64,000 nt of DNA from Balanoglossus misakiensis (GCA_040954595.2 CM082592.2:1860001-1924000), one strand, 5' to 3'. Positions 10,930 to 22,327 are shown, counted from the stretch's first letter. The notes: a model not told the origin generated them from the letters alone. Numbers and translations: made by a program.

Positions 10930-13900
10930 TTAAGGAGAGCAGAATCCAAACTTCCTTGTACTGTGCCCTTCTGCGCATGTGTCCTATATTTTGTGGTGAC
11001 GTCATTGAGACTTCGATAACTCTCACTTACACACGTCGCCATGAGGTCTCTGTAATCACTGAAAAACTGTTGACCCTCTTGGTGGCTGATGCATGAAGTG
11101 TTGAACCCACACCGGAGCGAAAGCGTGCCTCGGTTTGCATTTCTAACAACTTCAATTCTCGTAATTTTACTTAAACCGACGAGACCTCCTTCGACATGCT
11201 CGACACCATCAATCACGTCTGCATCTCGTACCTCTTGAAATGCTGTGTGTTCCTCCCATGTAATAACGTGCTGATTGAGGGATTTGGGTTGGTCATCACC
11301 AGTCACCTTGACACACTCACAGATTTTGGACGTTGGGTAAAGACTGTGATGGACTCCAGATTTCACCCGGTCTCCTATTTCTTTAAGGAAATCAATAATT
11401 GGCATTTCCTTGTTCCCGAAGGTAACTCGCAAGAGGACATTGTTGATAAAGAAACCAACGACTTCAGAGCTGACGGGGACATGCATACGCATATTGACTG
11501 GGTAAGTAACCAATATGTCATTGGACTGAGAGTAGATGTTTAGAAGCATGGCGTATACAGCAATCATCAATTGGAATGGGGTAATTCCTATTTTCTGTGC
11601 AAACCGTTTCAGTTTTGCCGCGGCTGTTGAATTGATCTCCAAGACAGCATGGCCTACATCTACAGACACAGGATCTTGCATCATCAATGAGAACCTCCCA
11701 GGGGTGACATCAACAGGAGTGGCAAATATGTCCTCCCAGAATTGTCTCAGATACGTCGCCTGGGAATGAAGGAGCTGGCTTCGCTGTGCTAAATACTCGC
11801 CGAACTTGAATGATCTCCTCTGCTCGAATGAGTTATGCAACATCACTGCAATCAGGGCACGCCTGAAATCTCTCATAAGCGTTGTCAGGGAGAAGAAATC
11901 ACAGGATATGTTGTGAACAACAATTCCAACGTGGGTTATCTGCTTCTCAATTTCTGCGAGAAAGACTCTGATGGGGAAGTCATTCTGCAAGTCGAAAGGT
12001 AGCTTGCTTGCATGTCGTATTGAAGATACAGCCTCATCGTCATTAGATAGGCCAACAAGATGTCGAACGTCAGGATTAAAGTCTGAATGGATGTGGTACA
12101 TAACATCAAAGACGTCATTATTGGATTTGCCTTGTTGGTATTTGGCTCTAAGCATAGCATGCTGCTGCATCAGTAGCTGTAGTACATCATGCCATTCCTT
12201 CTCAGTTGTGACGAAGCCATGGATCCGAAATATGGCATACATGTTATTTGTGATGTCTGGAGGTGTTGCCTGTGTTTTATGGAATCTAAGAGCTTGATCC
12301 TCAACAACACTGCCAGTAACAATATCTGATGCACTATGAAACAACTTAGATGCATTTTCTCCTCCATTCATGACACTGCCAATGTTATCCTGGATGTACA
12401 GGGAGATTTGAGATAACGTTGCTGTTTCTGCCAGCAGGAGTGCTATTGGAATGTTGACACCACATTTCTTTTTAAGATGAGTCTGCATTGTCATTGCTTG
12501 CATGGAATCTAATCCCAATGCAACAAGGGAGACATCTTCAAGGATTTCTTCTGTTTCCATTGCGAGCACATTGGCAACATCTTCCTTAACAAGGTCGTGC
12601 AGAAATGATGGTTGCTGACTCAAACTGTTGAAAGGTATGTTCCCGCGGTTTGTACTTTCTACCACGGCATCACTCTTTCTCCTTGTGTCGATGAAATTCT
12701 CAAAGCGCCTGCTGATGTGTGCAAGTTCAGATCTGTGCAGATCTTGTGATATACGACTCCAATTAAACTCCCCAAATAATACCTGAGAAGGATTGTACTT
12801 CAAGGTATATTCGAAGCACTTAATGATGTCAGCCACTGGTAATGGTAAGTATCCCATTGTAGTCAGCATTTTCTTGACATCTTTAACACTGTCTATGATG
12901 CCAATGTTAAGAGCGCTCCAGTTGATGGTTTGACCAGGGAGACCATTGTATCTTCTGTACTGTGCAAGCTGGTCTAGAAATGCATTTCCAGCACCATAAT
13001 TTGCCTGCCCTCTATTGCCAAAAACTGCAACAGTAGACGAATGCATCACAAAGTAATCCAGAGGATCATCCCTGGTTAGCTGATGGAGATTCCATGCACC
13101 AAGAATCTTTGGACGAGTTGCAGTGATGAATTCCTCATCTGACATATTTATCAACAGACGGTCTGCCAACACTACTGCTCCATGGAATACTCCTTTGATG
13201 GGAATGCCACCCAACTGCTTTCTAAGGTTCTGCAAAACCTTTTCCAAGGCCTGGACATCACTAACATCTGCCTGAAGAAACCATAATCGTGTGCCTCCCA
13301 TTTCTATCTCACTAAGTTCAGCTGACTTGCTTGTATCTGGGTGACTTCTGGACACTATTGCAAGGTGCCCTGCGCCTCGTTCAGCCATGTATTTACATGT
13401 CTCTAACCCCAGGCCCTTTGTACCCCCAACAACCAGGTAGCAGGCATTCTTGTGAAAGAGTCGATCTACATCTGCATGAACCAAGCCTCTGGAACCCATA
13501 TTAAGCATAGGTATTGATTCATTGTCAATGGGCGGGACCACAGTACTGCACTCAGACTGATCGAAGTTGAATTCCTTTATGTTGAGTAGTTCTACATCAC
13601 TTGTCTGTGACATTTTCTTCGACCACTTTACAACTTTTGGAAGAATTTTATCCAGATGCTTTGCCTGGAGTACTTGCTTGGTGCTTACTGTAATAAACTT
13701 CATGTCTGGTCTTAACGTACCAAGGTAATCCGTTTGTGAGTCGTCTCCTCTTTCCACATTTACTACTACTGAACCAATTCGAAGGTTGCTCAGAATCCAT
13801 TGGTTCGATTTGTGTGACAGTTTTCCAAGATGGAGAAACACCACCTGTTGAAGCCCATTGGTTTTAGGTTCATCAGCATGACTGAAATGGTTACTAGATA

Positions 13901-14660
13901 TTTCTTTGAAACCACACCTCCTGGCATATGACGAGAACAGACTAGTGAGACAGTTGTATTTCTTGGTGCTTTGTATGATCAGCTGTCTTACAGTAGGGTA
14001 TTGATGCAAGTTAGCTACTAGCACTTCCCACAAGAGAACCATCAGGGACAGGCATGGTATTCCCCTCATCCACTCTGGGAGTACACTTGACTTCACAATC
14101 AGTGATTCTGGCACATTAGCTATTGATGTAAGCTTCATCGGATAGCAAATGTGTACTTTAGTACCTTGTGCAAAACTACTATCAGAAGACAATATTTCGC
14201 CGAGGCAGTCAATCCCAATGACTGCATGTCTGTCATTGCTGTCTTCTGACCATGGCAATGATCCTTTCAGTGACAGCCCAGTCATAGTCACTTGAAATAA
14301 CTCAGGGTCATGTAACCTGGCCTTTTGTATACTAGCACACACAAACTTTCCAGATGGGGTAGTGATGGCCTCTTCCACTGCATAGTGTAGCTCAAGATTT
14401 AGAACACTCTCAGGAAGTGTTGACATCACTTCTGTTGGAAGATCTGGCTGGACGCCTATTACACGCTTCTTGAAATAGGCGTCATTTGGCTTGACCCTCT
14501 TCAGCTTATTGGCATAGACTGTAGAACCATGTATGGCATACTCTGAATGCTGGTTTACTTGGCTTTCAAAAGATATCTGGGCCATTGTTGCAACTTCTAC
14601 CTCAGAACCCTCACTCAGATCAATTAGTGTTGTCTTGTCATAGGTACCTTCACGGAGCAA
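10917..14660 (-). CDS. PKS segment: degenerate ER, KR, ACP, condensation domain
   Basis: 1247-aa open frame with KR (GGTKGLG, HGAVVLAD, YGAGN), ACP (LGLDSM) and C-domain (PFDLQNDFPIRVFL, HNISCD, VGFFINNV) signatures. Confidence 0.85.
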   Translation of the reverse strand: MLREGTYDKTTLIDLSEGSEVEVATMAQISFESQVNQHSEYAIHGSTVYANKLKRVKPNDAYFKKRVIGVQPDLPTEVMSTLPESVLNLELHYAVEEAITTPSGKFVCASIQKARLHDPELFQVTMTGLSLKGSLPWSEDSNDRHAVIGIDCLGEILSSDSSFAQGTKVHICYPMKLTSIANVPESLIVKSSVLPEWMRGIPCLSLMVLLWEVLVANLHQYPTVRQLIIQSTKKYNCLTSLFSSYARRCGFKEISSNHFSHADEPKTNGLQQVVFLHLGKLSHKSNQWILSNLRIGSVVVNVERGDDSQTDYLGTLRPDMKFITVSTKQVLQAKHLDKILPKVVKWSKKMSQTSDVELLNIKEFNFDQSECSTVVPPIDNESIPMLNMGSRGLVHADVDRLFHKNACYLVVGGTKGLGLETCKYMAERGAGHLAIVSRSHPDTSKSAELSEIEMGGTRLWFLQADVSDVQALEKVLQNLRKQLGGIPIKGVFHGAVVLADRLLINMSDEEFITATRPKILGAWNLHQLTRDDPLDYFVMHSSTVAVFGNRGQANYGAGNAFLDQLAQYRRYNGLPGQTINWSALNIGIIDSVKDVKKMLTTMGYLPLPVADIIKCFEYTLKYNPSQVLFGEFNWSRISQDLHRSELAHISRRFENFIDTRRKSDAVVESTNRGNIPFNSLSQQPSFLHDLVKEDVANVLAMETEEILEDVSLVALGLDSMQAMTMQTHLKKKCGVNIPIALLLAETATLSQISLYIQDNIGSVMNGGENASKLFHSASDIVTGSVVEDQALRFHKTQATPPDITNNMYAIFRIHGFVTTEKEWHDVLQLLMQQHAMLRAKYQQGKSNNDVFDVMYHIHSDFNPDVRHLVGLSNDDEAVSSIRHASKLPFDLQNDFPIRVFLAEIEKQITHVGIVVHNISCDFFSLTTLMRDFRRALIAVMLHNSFEQRRSFKFGEYLAQRSQLLHSQATYLRQFWEDIFATPVDVTPGRFSLMMQDPVSVDVGHAVLEINSTAAAKLKRFAQKIGITPFQLMIAVYAMLLNIYSQSNDILVTYPVNMRMHVPVSSEVVGFFINNVLLRVTFGNKEMPIIDFLKEIGDRVKSGVHHSLYPTSKICECVKVTGDDQPKSLNQHVITWEEHTAFQEVRDADVIDGVEHVEGGLVGLSKITRIEVVRNANRGTLSLRCGFNTSCISHQEGQQFFSDYRDLMATCVSESYRSLNDVTTKYRTHAQKGTVQGSLDSALLKMGP

Positions 14661-14924
14661 ACATCAAACCATTCCCCAAACAGGAGCACCGATCAACTGA
14701 ATATGATTTGACTTTGGCATCGTAGATCTGAGTGCTGACCTTTCTGTTGTTTCAAGCTTGCCTTGGACACCACGGGTTACTACAGTCAATGGACACATTG
14801 CACCATTTGTGGCAAGAAACTTCACAATATGTTTAAGTGCCATGCATGTGGAATTAATGTAGTCGCACAGGGCTCCCTCGATGTTTTCCTCACCATCACG
14901 GATGCTCCAGAAGTAAAATATGTG

Positions 14925-17900
14925 TTAAAAAGTGCTGATGTCTCTCTGTACGTTTTGTAGTATTAGACCAATATCTGTGTGTATATCAGAATACTCTACT
15001 ATGTACGAATCACTGCTTATGAACTTCTCCAAAGAAGACGCTATGCCCATGCCATCGGCAAACACAATGCAATTTGAAGGCAGGCCCTTCTCAGTACCAT
15101 CTGTTTTGCTTGTTATAACTGTGAGGTTCGGGATACCATGTCTGAGCCACTCCATTTCATAAGCAAGTTGACCAATTACTCTGCCATCGTTTTCATCCAG
15201 TACCTTTGCCATGATGTCTGTGCATTCTGCAACAACTTCACCTGACTCGTTCATGATGACTGCATTGAAACTAGCCAAGTAGTCTGACCTGCGCATCAGC
15301 CTGATGTAAACAAGGACACAAGGGTCAGGTTTCCCAAACACTAACACATTCCCAATCGAAATGGGGAAGCATGGTTTAGAATTCTTGTTGCCTTGGTGGT
15401 TTGGATCATATGTAGGCACAGCCGTAGCTTGGAGGACACCATCGAATATGACAGGATGAATAACTGTGTTACGCAGTTGGTCTAAAAGTTCTTCTGGTAA
15501 TGACAGCATCACAACAGCTTCTTCTCCATTCCTCCAGCACTGTGAAATAGGTCGCATGGTTGGCCCATATGAAAAGCCAAAGCTTTCCAGAAAGTCATAA
15601 ACTTGCTCCACATCTATCTCATCACCACAACGTGACCTGATTTCAGAAATATTGAAGCGGCTGGTTGGAGTTTGTTTCTTCGAGCTCACCCCGATGACAC
15701 CCTCAGCAGTTTTTATGTCACCGCAACAAACTTTGAAGGAATGGCTTTGTAAACCGTCACTTTGGTCTTCAAATTGAACGTAGACATCCTTTTCTTCCTC
15801 TGTCAGAATCAGTGGTTTCAGAAACTCAATGGACAATCCGCAGCATTTTTGCCGTGTGTTTGGCAACAACGACAAGCAAGCTTCAAGGGCCAATTCACCA
15901 TAGACTACACCAGGAACCACCATAGAACCACCAACACTGTGATCATACACAAATGGGAAGTCTCCTCTATTGATTGTACATTTGTATGCCACATCATCAG
16001 CGGAGACCCTGGTCACAAATTGGCAAACAGTCCCACTGTCTTTCTTTATTCCCATTCTATACAGCTTCGAGGCTTCTGGTTCGTACCAGTGTTTGGCTTT
16101 GTTGAACTGATAAACCAGAAGATCTGCTGGAATTCGTTGACTGTGTTTGTGATATGAACCCCAGTCTATCTGGATGCCTGTCTGGTAAAGCTGACAAAGG
16201 GTATCCAAGAGAGTAACGTGGCCCCTTTTCTCTTTCATAGATGGAAGAACTCTACCACTATATTTAGACACAATTTCACTAATATTCCTCTGTAATGCAG
16301 GTTTGGGACCAACTTCTATTGTGATGTTTTCTGCATCTTCCAGGATGGCTGCCTCCATTGCCTTCGAGAATTGAACTGATTCTCGTACATTTCGTTTCCA
16401 ATAGTGAGCATTTGTAAAGTCACCATCCACAGCAAGCCTACCTGTGACAGTGGAGTAAATATCTGCCAGCTCTCCATTATCTGCAGTTTCCAGAGGATTT
16501 ATCGAGTTGAGGAAGTCATTGCATATTGGCTGCACGTGGTGTGAGTGAAATGCTGTGGATACGTTGAGTCGACGGAAAAATATGTCCATACCCTCCTGTT
16601 GGTTTTCGATTGCAATCAGATTTTCGATTACAGTGATTGCATCTTCATCTCCGGATAGTGTGAAAGACGTAGGTGAGTTAGTGGCAGCAATTTCCACCCG
16701 TCTGTCCACAGCTTGGCAATATTCATCAACTTTCTCGGCAGATGTGTTGCCCACAGCAGCCATTCCTCCTCCTGACACTTTCTGCAGAAACTGACTCCTG
16801 TAGAATATTATCTTGACTGCGGTTTGGAGGTCTAACTTCCCTGCTGCATATGCTGCCGCAACCTCACCAACTGAGTGACCGATTATCGCATCTGGTTTGA
16901 TACCCCATGATACCCACAGGTGGTAAAGAGCCACTTCGATAGCAAATATCGCTACCTGTTTCATAGAGCCAGAGGCCAGCTCTCCATGTCCGACAATATC
17001 AACAAGAGAATGGTCGGTGTATTTTGACAGTAGGCCTGCAATTTCTTCTATGGCCCCTCTAAAGGTGGATTCTTCAGCGAACAAATCACTTCCCATTCCT
17101 TTCCAGTCTGTACCCATTCCAGGAAAGACAAAAATAATTCTCTTTCGTCTGACAGTATTCGATGGATTTTGGTGATATATCGCCTCTTCCGCCTTTTCCA
17201 AAATCTGGCATAAGCCGTCACTGTTAGTGGCGTGAATTGCAAATCGGTGGTTGTTGTAGTGTGAGCGCCGAGTAGTTGATGTATACGCCAAGTCGTCAAT
17301 TAAATCGCTTGACTTGTTCTTTAATACATTTTTCAGGTACTGCATGGTCAACTTCATTGACCGCTTCGACTTTGCTGACAGGGTGATGATTGGGTGAACC
17401 ACTGGTTTACTTTTTCGTAGGTCAACGTATTCTCTGACGATAGCATGTGAATTCGAACCACCAAAACCAAACGAATTCACACAGGCTAATCGACCACGAC
17501 CATCCTCTGTCTCCCATGCCGTTACCCTCGTTGGGATTTGTGACTGGAGGTCTTGCAAGTCTATTCCGCTGTTTGGCTTGTCGAAATGAATGGTCGGCGC
17601 GATCGTTCGGTTCTTGATCATCAGAAGCACTTTGATCAACCCAGCGACACCAGCTGCAGACTCCAGGTGAGCAATGTTGCTTTTCACCGATCCCATGTAG
17701 CAGGGTGAAGCCCCGGGCTTTCGAGCTTTGCCTATGAAGTTGCCCAGGGACGATGCCTCAATGGGGTCCCCTACAGGTGTGCCAGTACCATGTGCCTCGA
17801 TGTAAGTCACGTCACAAGGGTCAACGTTATATTTAGTGTAAACTTTGTGTAGAAGCTGTTCCTGTTGTTTGGAAGAAGGGGCCGTTATGGGTGTAGCAAA

Positions 17901-17963
17901 GTGACCATCCTGGTTGCAGCCAGTTCCAATGATTCCCCAAATTCTGTCACCATCGCTTATGGC
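14925..17963 (-). CDS. PKS segment: KS C-terminal half, AT, DH
   Basis: Acceptor ag|GCC at 17963; open frame with EAHGTGT, GSVKSNIAH, GHSVGE, AFHS and DH motifs. Confidence 0.9.
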   Translation of the reverse strand, partial: AISDGDRIWGIIGTGCNQDGHFATPITAPSSKQQEQLLHKVYTKYNVDPCDVTYIEAHGTGTPVGDPIEASSLGNFIGKARKPGASPCYMGSVKSNIAHLESAAGVAGLIKVLLMIKNRTIAPTIHFDKPNSGIDLQDLQSQIPTRVTAWETEDGRGRLACVNSFGFGGSNSHAIVREYVDLRKSKPVVHPIITLSAKSKRSMKLTMQYLKNVLKNKSSDLIDDLAYTSTTRRSHYNNHRFAIHATNSDGLCQILEKAEEAIYHQNPSNTVRRKRIIFVFPGMGTDWKGMGSDLFAEESTFRGAIEEIAGLLSKYTDHSLVDIVGHGELASGSMKQVAIFAIEVALYHLWVSWGIKPDAIIGHSVGEVAAAYAAGKLDLQTAVKIIFYRSQFLQKVSGGGMAAVGNTSAEKVDEYCQAVDRRVEIAATNSPTSFTLSGDEDAITVIENLIAIENQQEGMDIFFRRLNVSTAFHSHHVQPICNDFLNSINPLETADNGELADIYSTVTGRLAVDGDFTNAHYWKRNVRESVQFSKAMEAAILEDAENITIEVGPKPALQRNISEIVSKYSGRVLPSMKEKRGHVTLLDTLCQLYQTGIQIDWGSYHKHSQRIPADLLVYQFNKAKHWYEPEASKLYRMGIKKDSGTVCQFVTRVSADDVAYKCTINRGDFPFVYDHSVGGSMVVPGVVYGELALEACLSLLPNTRQKCCGLSIEFLKPLILTEEEKDVYVQFEDQSDGLQSHSFKVCCGDIKTAEGVIGVSSKKQTPTSRFNISEIRSRCGDEIDVEQVYDFLESFGFSYGPTMRPISQCWRNGEEAVVMLSLPEELLDQLRNTVIHPVIFDGVLQATAVPTYDPNHQGNKNSKPCFPISIGNVLVFGKPDPCVLVYIRLMRRSDYLASFNAVIMNESGEVVAECTDIMAKVLDENDGRVIGQLAYEMEWLRHGIPNLTVITSKTDGTEKGLPSNCIVFADGMGIASSLEKFISSDSYIVEYSDIHTDIGLILQNVQRDISTF

Positions 17964-18219
17964 CTAATTTTCAAATTAAAGTAAGTGTTAGTTTCAAAGA
18001 CACAACCAATTTCTTAACCATCTTCTTACGTTTCTAGAGGAATGTGGTTGGAAATTCCAACTCATGATAGGTGGGTACGACGATATACCTATTACAGACT
18101 GCAAGTCACTAAATAGGTGCAAACAATAGGCAATTCATTAGTCTGTGTGAGTTTTCATACGAGACCAAACCTTCTCTTGCTGGTGGGGAAATGTCACAAA
18201 ATGCCTGTTATTTTTTTAC

Positions 18220-18849
18220 CTTCTGCAGAGACTTCAAAATAACAACGCCACAGCCTTCTCCTCTTGTGTAACCATCTGCCTTGTCAGAAAACGGCTGACA
18301 CAGACCTGTCGATGATAACATGTTTGCTCTGCACAAGGTAACAAATACTTTTGGATCCAGAATAATGTTGACGCCACCACACACAACTATTTCACAGTCT
18401 CCTAAAATGCAAATAATAATGTGTTGGTGACGTTGATGTTGGTTCAGAACGGCCTTAGTGTAACTATATACCCTGGGGAAAGAGAACAAACGACTGTGGA
18501 AAATATCTGAGATTGTGCTGGATAATACCTTTGTTTTCACGCATTATGTCCATACATTCAACGGTTCGACGTTAAACAAACGCACCTGCACCTGCATTAA
18601 TTAAATTATCATTTATCAACCAAAAACACAATACCTCTCGATAAATGCCGCATGCCTGGCATAAGATTTGCCTTTGGCACTTCTGTCGCTGCTGTAGAAA
18701 GCGTCGACGTTCCATCTGTCCTTGGGTATTTCAGTCACATGGTTTTCCCCGTTCACCAAGACTCGCCAGAACTCATCTATGTCGTTCGCACCAGGGAACT
18801 TGCAGGCCAACCCCACGACTGCAATGGCGTCTTCCGAGTCTGGATCCAT
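18220..18849 (-). CDS. PKS KS N-terminal exons (18849-18635, 18401-18220)
   Basis: MDPDSEDAIAVVGLACKFPG..FIE and GDCEIVVCGGVN..GYTRGEGCGVVILK with GT/AG ends. Their phases (2 and 1) are incompatible. Confidence 0.85.
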
Positions 18850-19771
18850 GGTCTGTACTTAGGTCTATGAAAATATTGCGAAATGTTGCGCTGTGAAAAT
18901 CTCGCCAAATGAATAATCAGTCTCTACCGTTTATTCATTTTGGCGAGATGTTATACTCTCATATCCTACAAACGTGGTGGAAGTTATGTGTAGTCGAACG
19001 TTGATTCACTATATATATCCACATGTAGAATAACATTAACAGCATCTTGTATCAAACATAATTATTGGATGAGGGCAGCGAGAGAGACAGACATTGTACC
19101 TTTAAGTAACTGTGAACTGTTTGATTGTTATCTGAGAGGGCTTCAGTTGTAGAAAACTACATGTTTTCTTTCTTTCAAACATTTCCCGGATGTGCCCCCG
19201 GTTCCGCCGGACACAAAGTTCAACAAGCGAATACAGAACTTTTAAACTTGTTTAGTCAAACAGGCATTTGTTGTTTTACACATTTTCCACGTGACCATCT
19301 TCTTTGTCCCGCGAGAATGCTGATCAAAGCATCGGTTGCTTATACTCCGAAGGCCAAAGTTTGACATCAGGGTCGCAAATGTCACACAGACAGATTTATG
19401 TTGCTTTATTATTTTTAAAAAAGCCGCTTCCATGAAGCCTTTAAATAAGTCGGGCGCCCTCACGCCACCATCGTGAATTTGGATGGGGAAAAGTTTACCA
19501 ATAACATCAAGGGATTTTCCCCATTGGCCTCGCTTTGAGTGCAAATCTATGACGACTGCATGAGCGCGCTAGACTTATGAAAAGGGTGCTATCAGTTCCC
19601 AGGAATAAACATGCGATTCATCATTGTTGCCACTTTTTATTTTTTTCTCCCTGTGATGCGGTAAACGTTTGACTCTCAGAGTTGTCCTTACAAATGAGCG
19701 TATGCACTCATTACATAATTAATTGTCGCAGTATATTGGATTTGGCTGTTTATGGGCAATGTTGAAGTTTA

Positions 19772-19976
19772 GGGACTGGTCAGTTTCTTCGGCCTGGTGA
19801 CGGGTTCATGGGGGAAATCACCCTACTTTGGAATTGGGTGATGGGGTGAGGTGGGGTGGGGTGGGATAACGGGGGGTCACCCACTTTTCCATGTTCAAAG
19901 GGGGTTGTCAGTTACTTTTTGATACCCACAAAATAGAATCAACCCCCTCCCCCCGCCGAAGAAAGTGACCAGTCCC
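19772..19976. mobile_element. Harbinger-like MITE
   Basis: TIR gggactggtcagtttcttcggc / gccgaagaaagtgaccagtccc, flanked by tta/taa. Confidence 0.7.
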
Positions 19977-22327
19977 TAAGGTGCCTTCAATTTTGTGTGT
20001 TGCGCTCTGTTTTGATAAAACAAAAGAAAATCAAGGGGATGGCCATTTTTATGCGATAAAGCCTCTTTCTCTTTATAATTTCTATATTTGATAACTTCAT
20101 TAACGTATACCATGCAAATCTCACAAGTCGTTACAATTTCAAAGCATTACTCTACCTGCTGTACAGAATATGATTTGCATCCGTAAAGTCGATCTTGAGG
20201 TTATCTCGTTAACGCAAACAAACACAGGCGATACGTAGCCCCTGTGTGTAACCCCGGGAGCTTAGAACATGCGGGTGTCATTTTGGGCACTCACTCCAAG
20301 AACCGCACATGATAAATGTGTTTATCTTATTTCAGAAATCGTTTTCGACATCTTTATAGTTGATTTACAGGTGAATGTTGATTTTTTTTTTCAAACAGCT
20401 GAATTCCTCCTTCCATAATCTAGTTTCCACCCAAGGGAGAATGTATTCTCGTGATGTCTTTTATAGGAGTTCGCAATTTGTTTTGATTACCGCTGTCAGA
20501 CTATAGGTTAAGATATAACATTAAAGATGTGCCGGTTCGACATAGAATGATATTAGCTTCAAATAAAAGACGCAAACAGCAAGTTCAGGTGCACGAGTAG
20601 ATATCACATGAAAAGCATCAGTGATAAAATGATCCCTGTCAAAACAAGACCACATATACACTTTTAATAATTTCTGTATATTTCCTCTTTTCAAAGAAGA
20701 ATTGATATGCACGGTAAGGATTGAAAACGAAATTAACAGCGACATTGCTAAGAAAAAATGGGAAGCGTTTTTGACACTTTTGTCGTAATTTACTTCTCCG
20801 TCACTTAGATGAAACGAATAAAATGATTATTTAAAAAAATCAGTGATAAAATGCCTCTTCAGTTGAACCTACCTGCTTTGTTGTCGGTGATGGAGCAACG
20901 CTATATGCGGAACATGGGTGGGAGACTACAACGCACGATGATCATCTGGCCGAGTGATTCTCGCCAGGGTGTGGACTTCGTCTATACCGCCAAAGAGATC
21001 CGGGATGTGGGTGGCAATGAAGCAATCTCTGTCTCATAAGTGCAGCAATAACAGACTCGTAGGATAGTTTCATGATTTCCTTATATCATATATCAACGTA
21101 GAATATTCACAATAACAAGGAGTGGTCGTAAATTGACCAATCAGCAAGCAGGACAATTTCATTAGCAGATAAGCACAATATTATGAATTATTGGAAACTT
21201 TCCAACGACCACAATTCTTGTTGGTTGCGCCTAACCTTGACGATAGTTCGAAGTGATTAGGTTTGTACAATCCCCTGCCTCAACGTAATTATCGTAACGT
21301 CCGACATGTCAATCCCAATAATTCAAATGCATGCAGGAGATTTGATCCCGGTATTTATCGCTTGTTTTCGTTCGTATAATCCCGGATGTAGCCCGAGTTC
21401 CGCAAAACACTTTAAAGTCACACTGTAATTACAGACCGCAGCCATGGTCTGGCGTCCGGGACAGTCTTATTTTGCAGTTTGATTTAGTTTGTTTAGGTTA
21501 CTTTCCGTGTCCTTGTGTACCCGGAACCTAGAAAGCGGACAAAAAGTTTAGATGACAGAACTTGTGCAAAGTTATTTATTAGATACTTTTCATGCATGCG
21601 TATGGCATCTAGTCAACCGGTCCATCGTGAACGGGATACAGACAGGAACCTGGTCTCATTTGGTAAGGTAACTGTGGTCATCTCTCTTTAACTTTGCCGT
21701 GAACATATATACATAGTTGGAACTACTTTGTGTGATGATAATGTCTTGAAAATAGCCTGAAAATAGTTCAAGTTACATTTCACTGTTTTACTAAGATTAT
21801 TTTTTGCAAAAATCTGCATTTCTAATATTTTTTTATTCTGGAAAACGACCAATTTACAACAAAATGACAGTGCAGTTGCATACAAGAATGCCGATTGCAG
21901 TATTGATATCCACCATATCCGCCTGTTGTATTCTTTCGGACGACTGACTGCGATCCCGTCCAGCGTGGTCACGTTTTCATTCGCTTGTACATGATTGTTT
22001 TTAGTTTTTTTTTGTCACCTTCCTTACCCGCGCATCACAATGTTCAAAACGACGTGACCACTGCTACACGATTAAATTACATGTCTACCGCTGGAAGATT
22101 CGGTCTTATTTTTGAAGAAATGCAGATTGAAATTGAAATCATTGATAACTAATTCATTTTACATGTTTTAAAAATATAAAATGAGCGAATTTCAACAAAC
22201 TATTCCGATTATTCTTACAGGGTGCAGGCTTGTCATACAAACCGTCTCCAGTTTAAGATCTCATTTCCAACAAAAAATCGGCCGCAGGTGTACTAGTTCG
22301 TTGCCCTGGTAACAGAAAAGCCCCAAC

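Larger units (their letters stand above)
8871..18849 (-). pseudogene. Type I polyketide synthase, KS-AT-DH-degenerate ER-KR-ACP-Condensation-PH; disabled copy
   Basis: Exons 18849-18635, 18401-18220, 17963-9958 (minus insertion 10135-10929), 9536-9369, 8980-8871. Motifs: IAVVGLACKFPG, GYTRGEG, EAHGTGT, KSNIAH, NSFGFGG (KS); GHSVG, AFHS (AT); DHSVGGSMVVP, HPVIFDGVLQ (DH); GGTKGLG, YGAGN (KR); LGLDSM (ACP); VVHNISCD (C). Lesions: DTACSS exon absent, TAA 14925-14927, TGA 14664-14666, TE insertion. Confidence 0.85.

Noticed and set aside
14664-14666. TGA as selenocysteine or programmed readthrough
   Set aside because: The same gene has a TAA stop, a missing exon and a TE insertion. CGA>TGA decay is the simpler explanation.
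8871-18849. PKS as bacterial contamination or recent horizontal transfer
   Set aside because: It has spliceosomal introns and a host TE insertion, and is embedded among animal genes.
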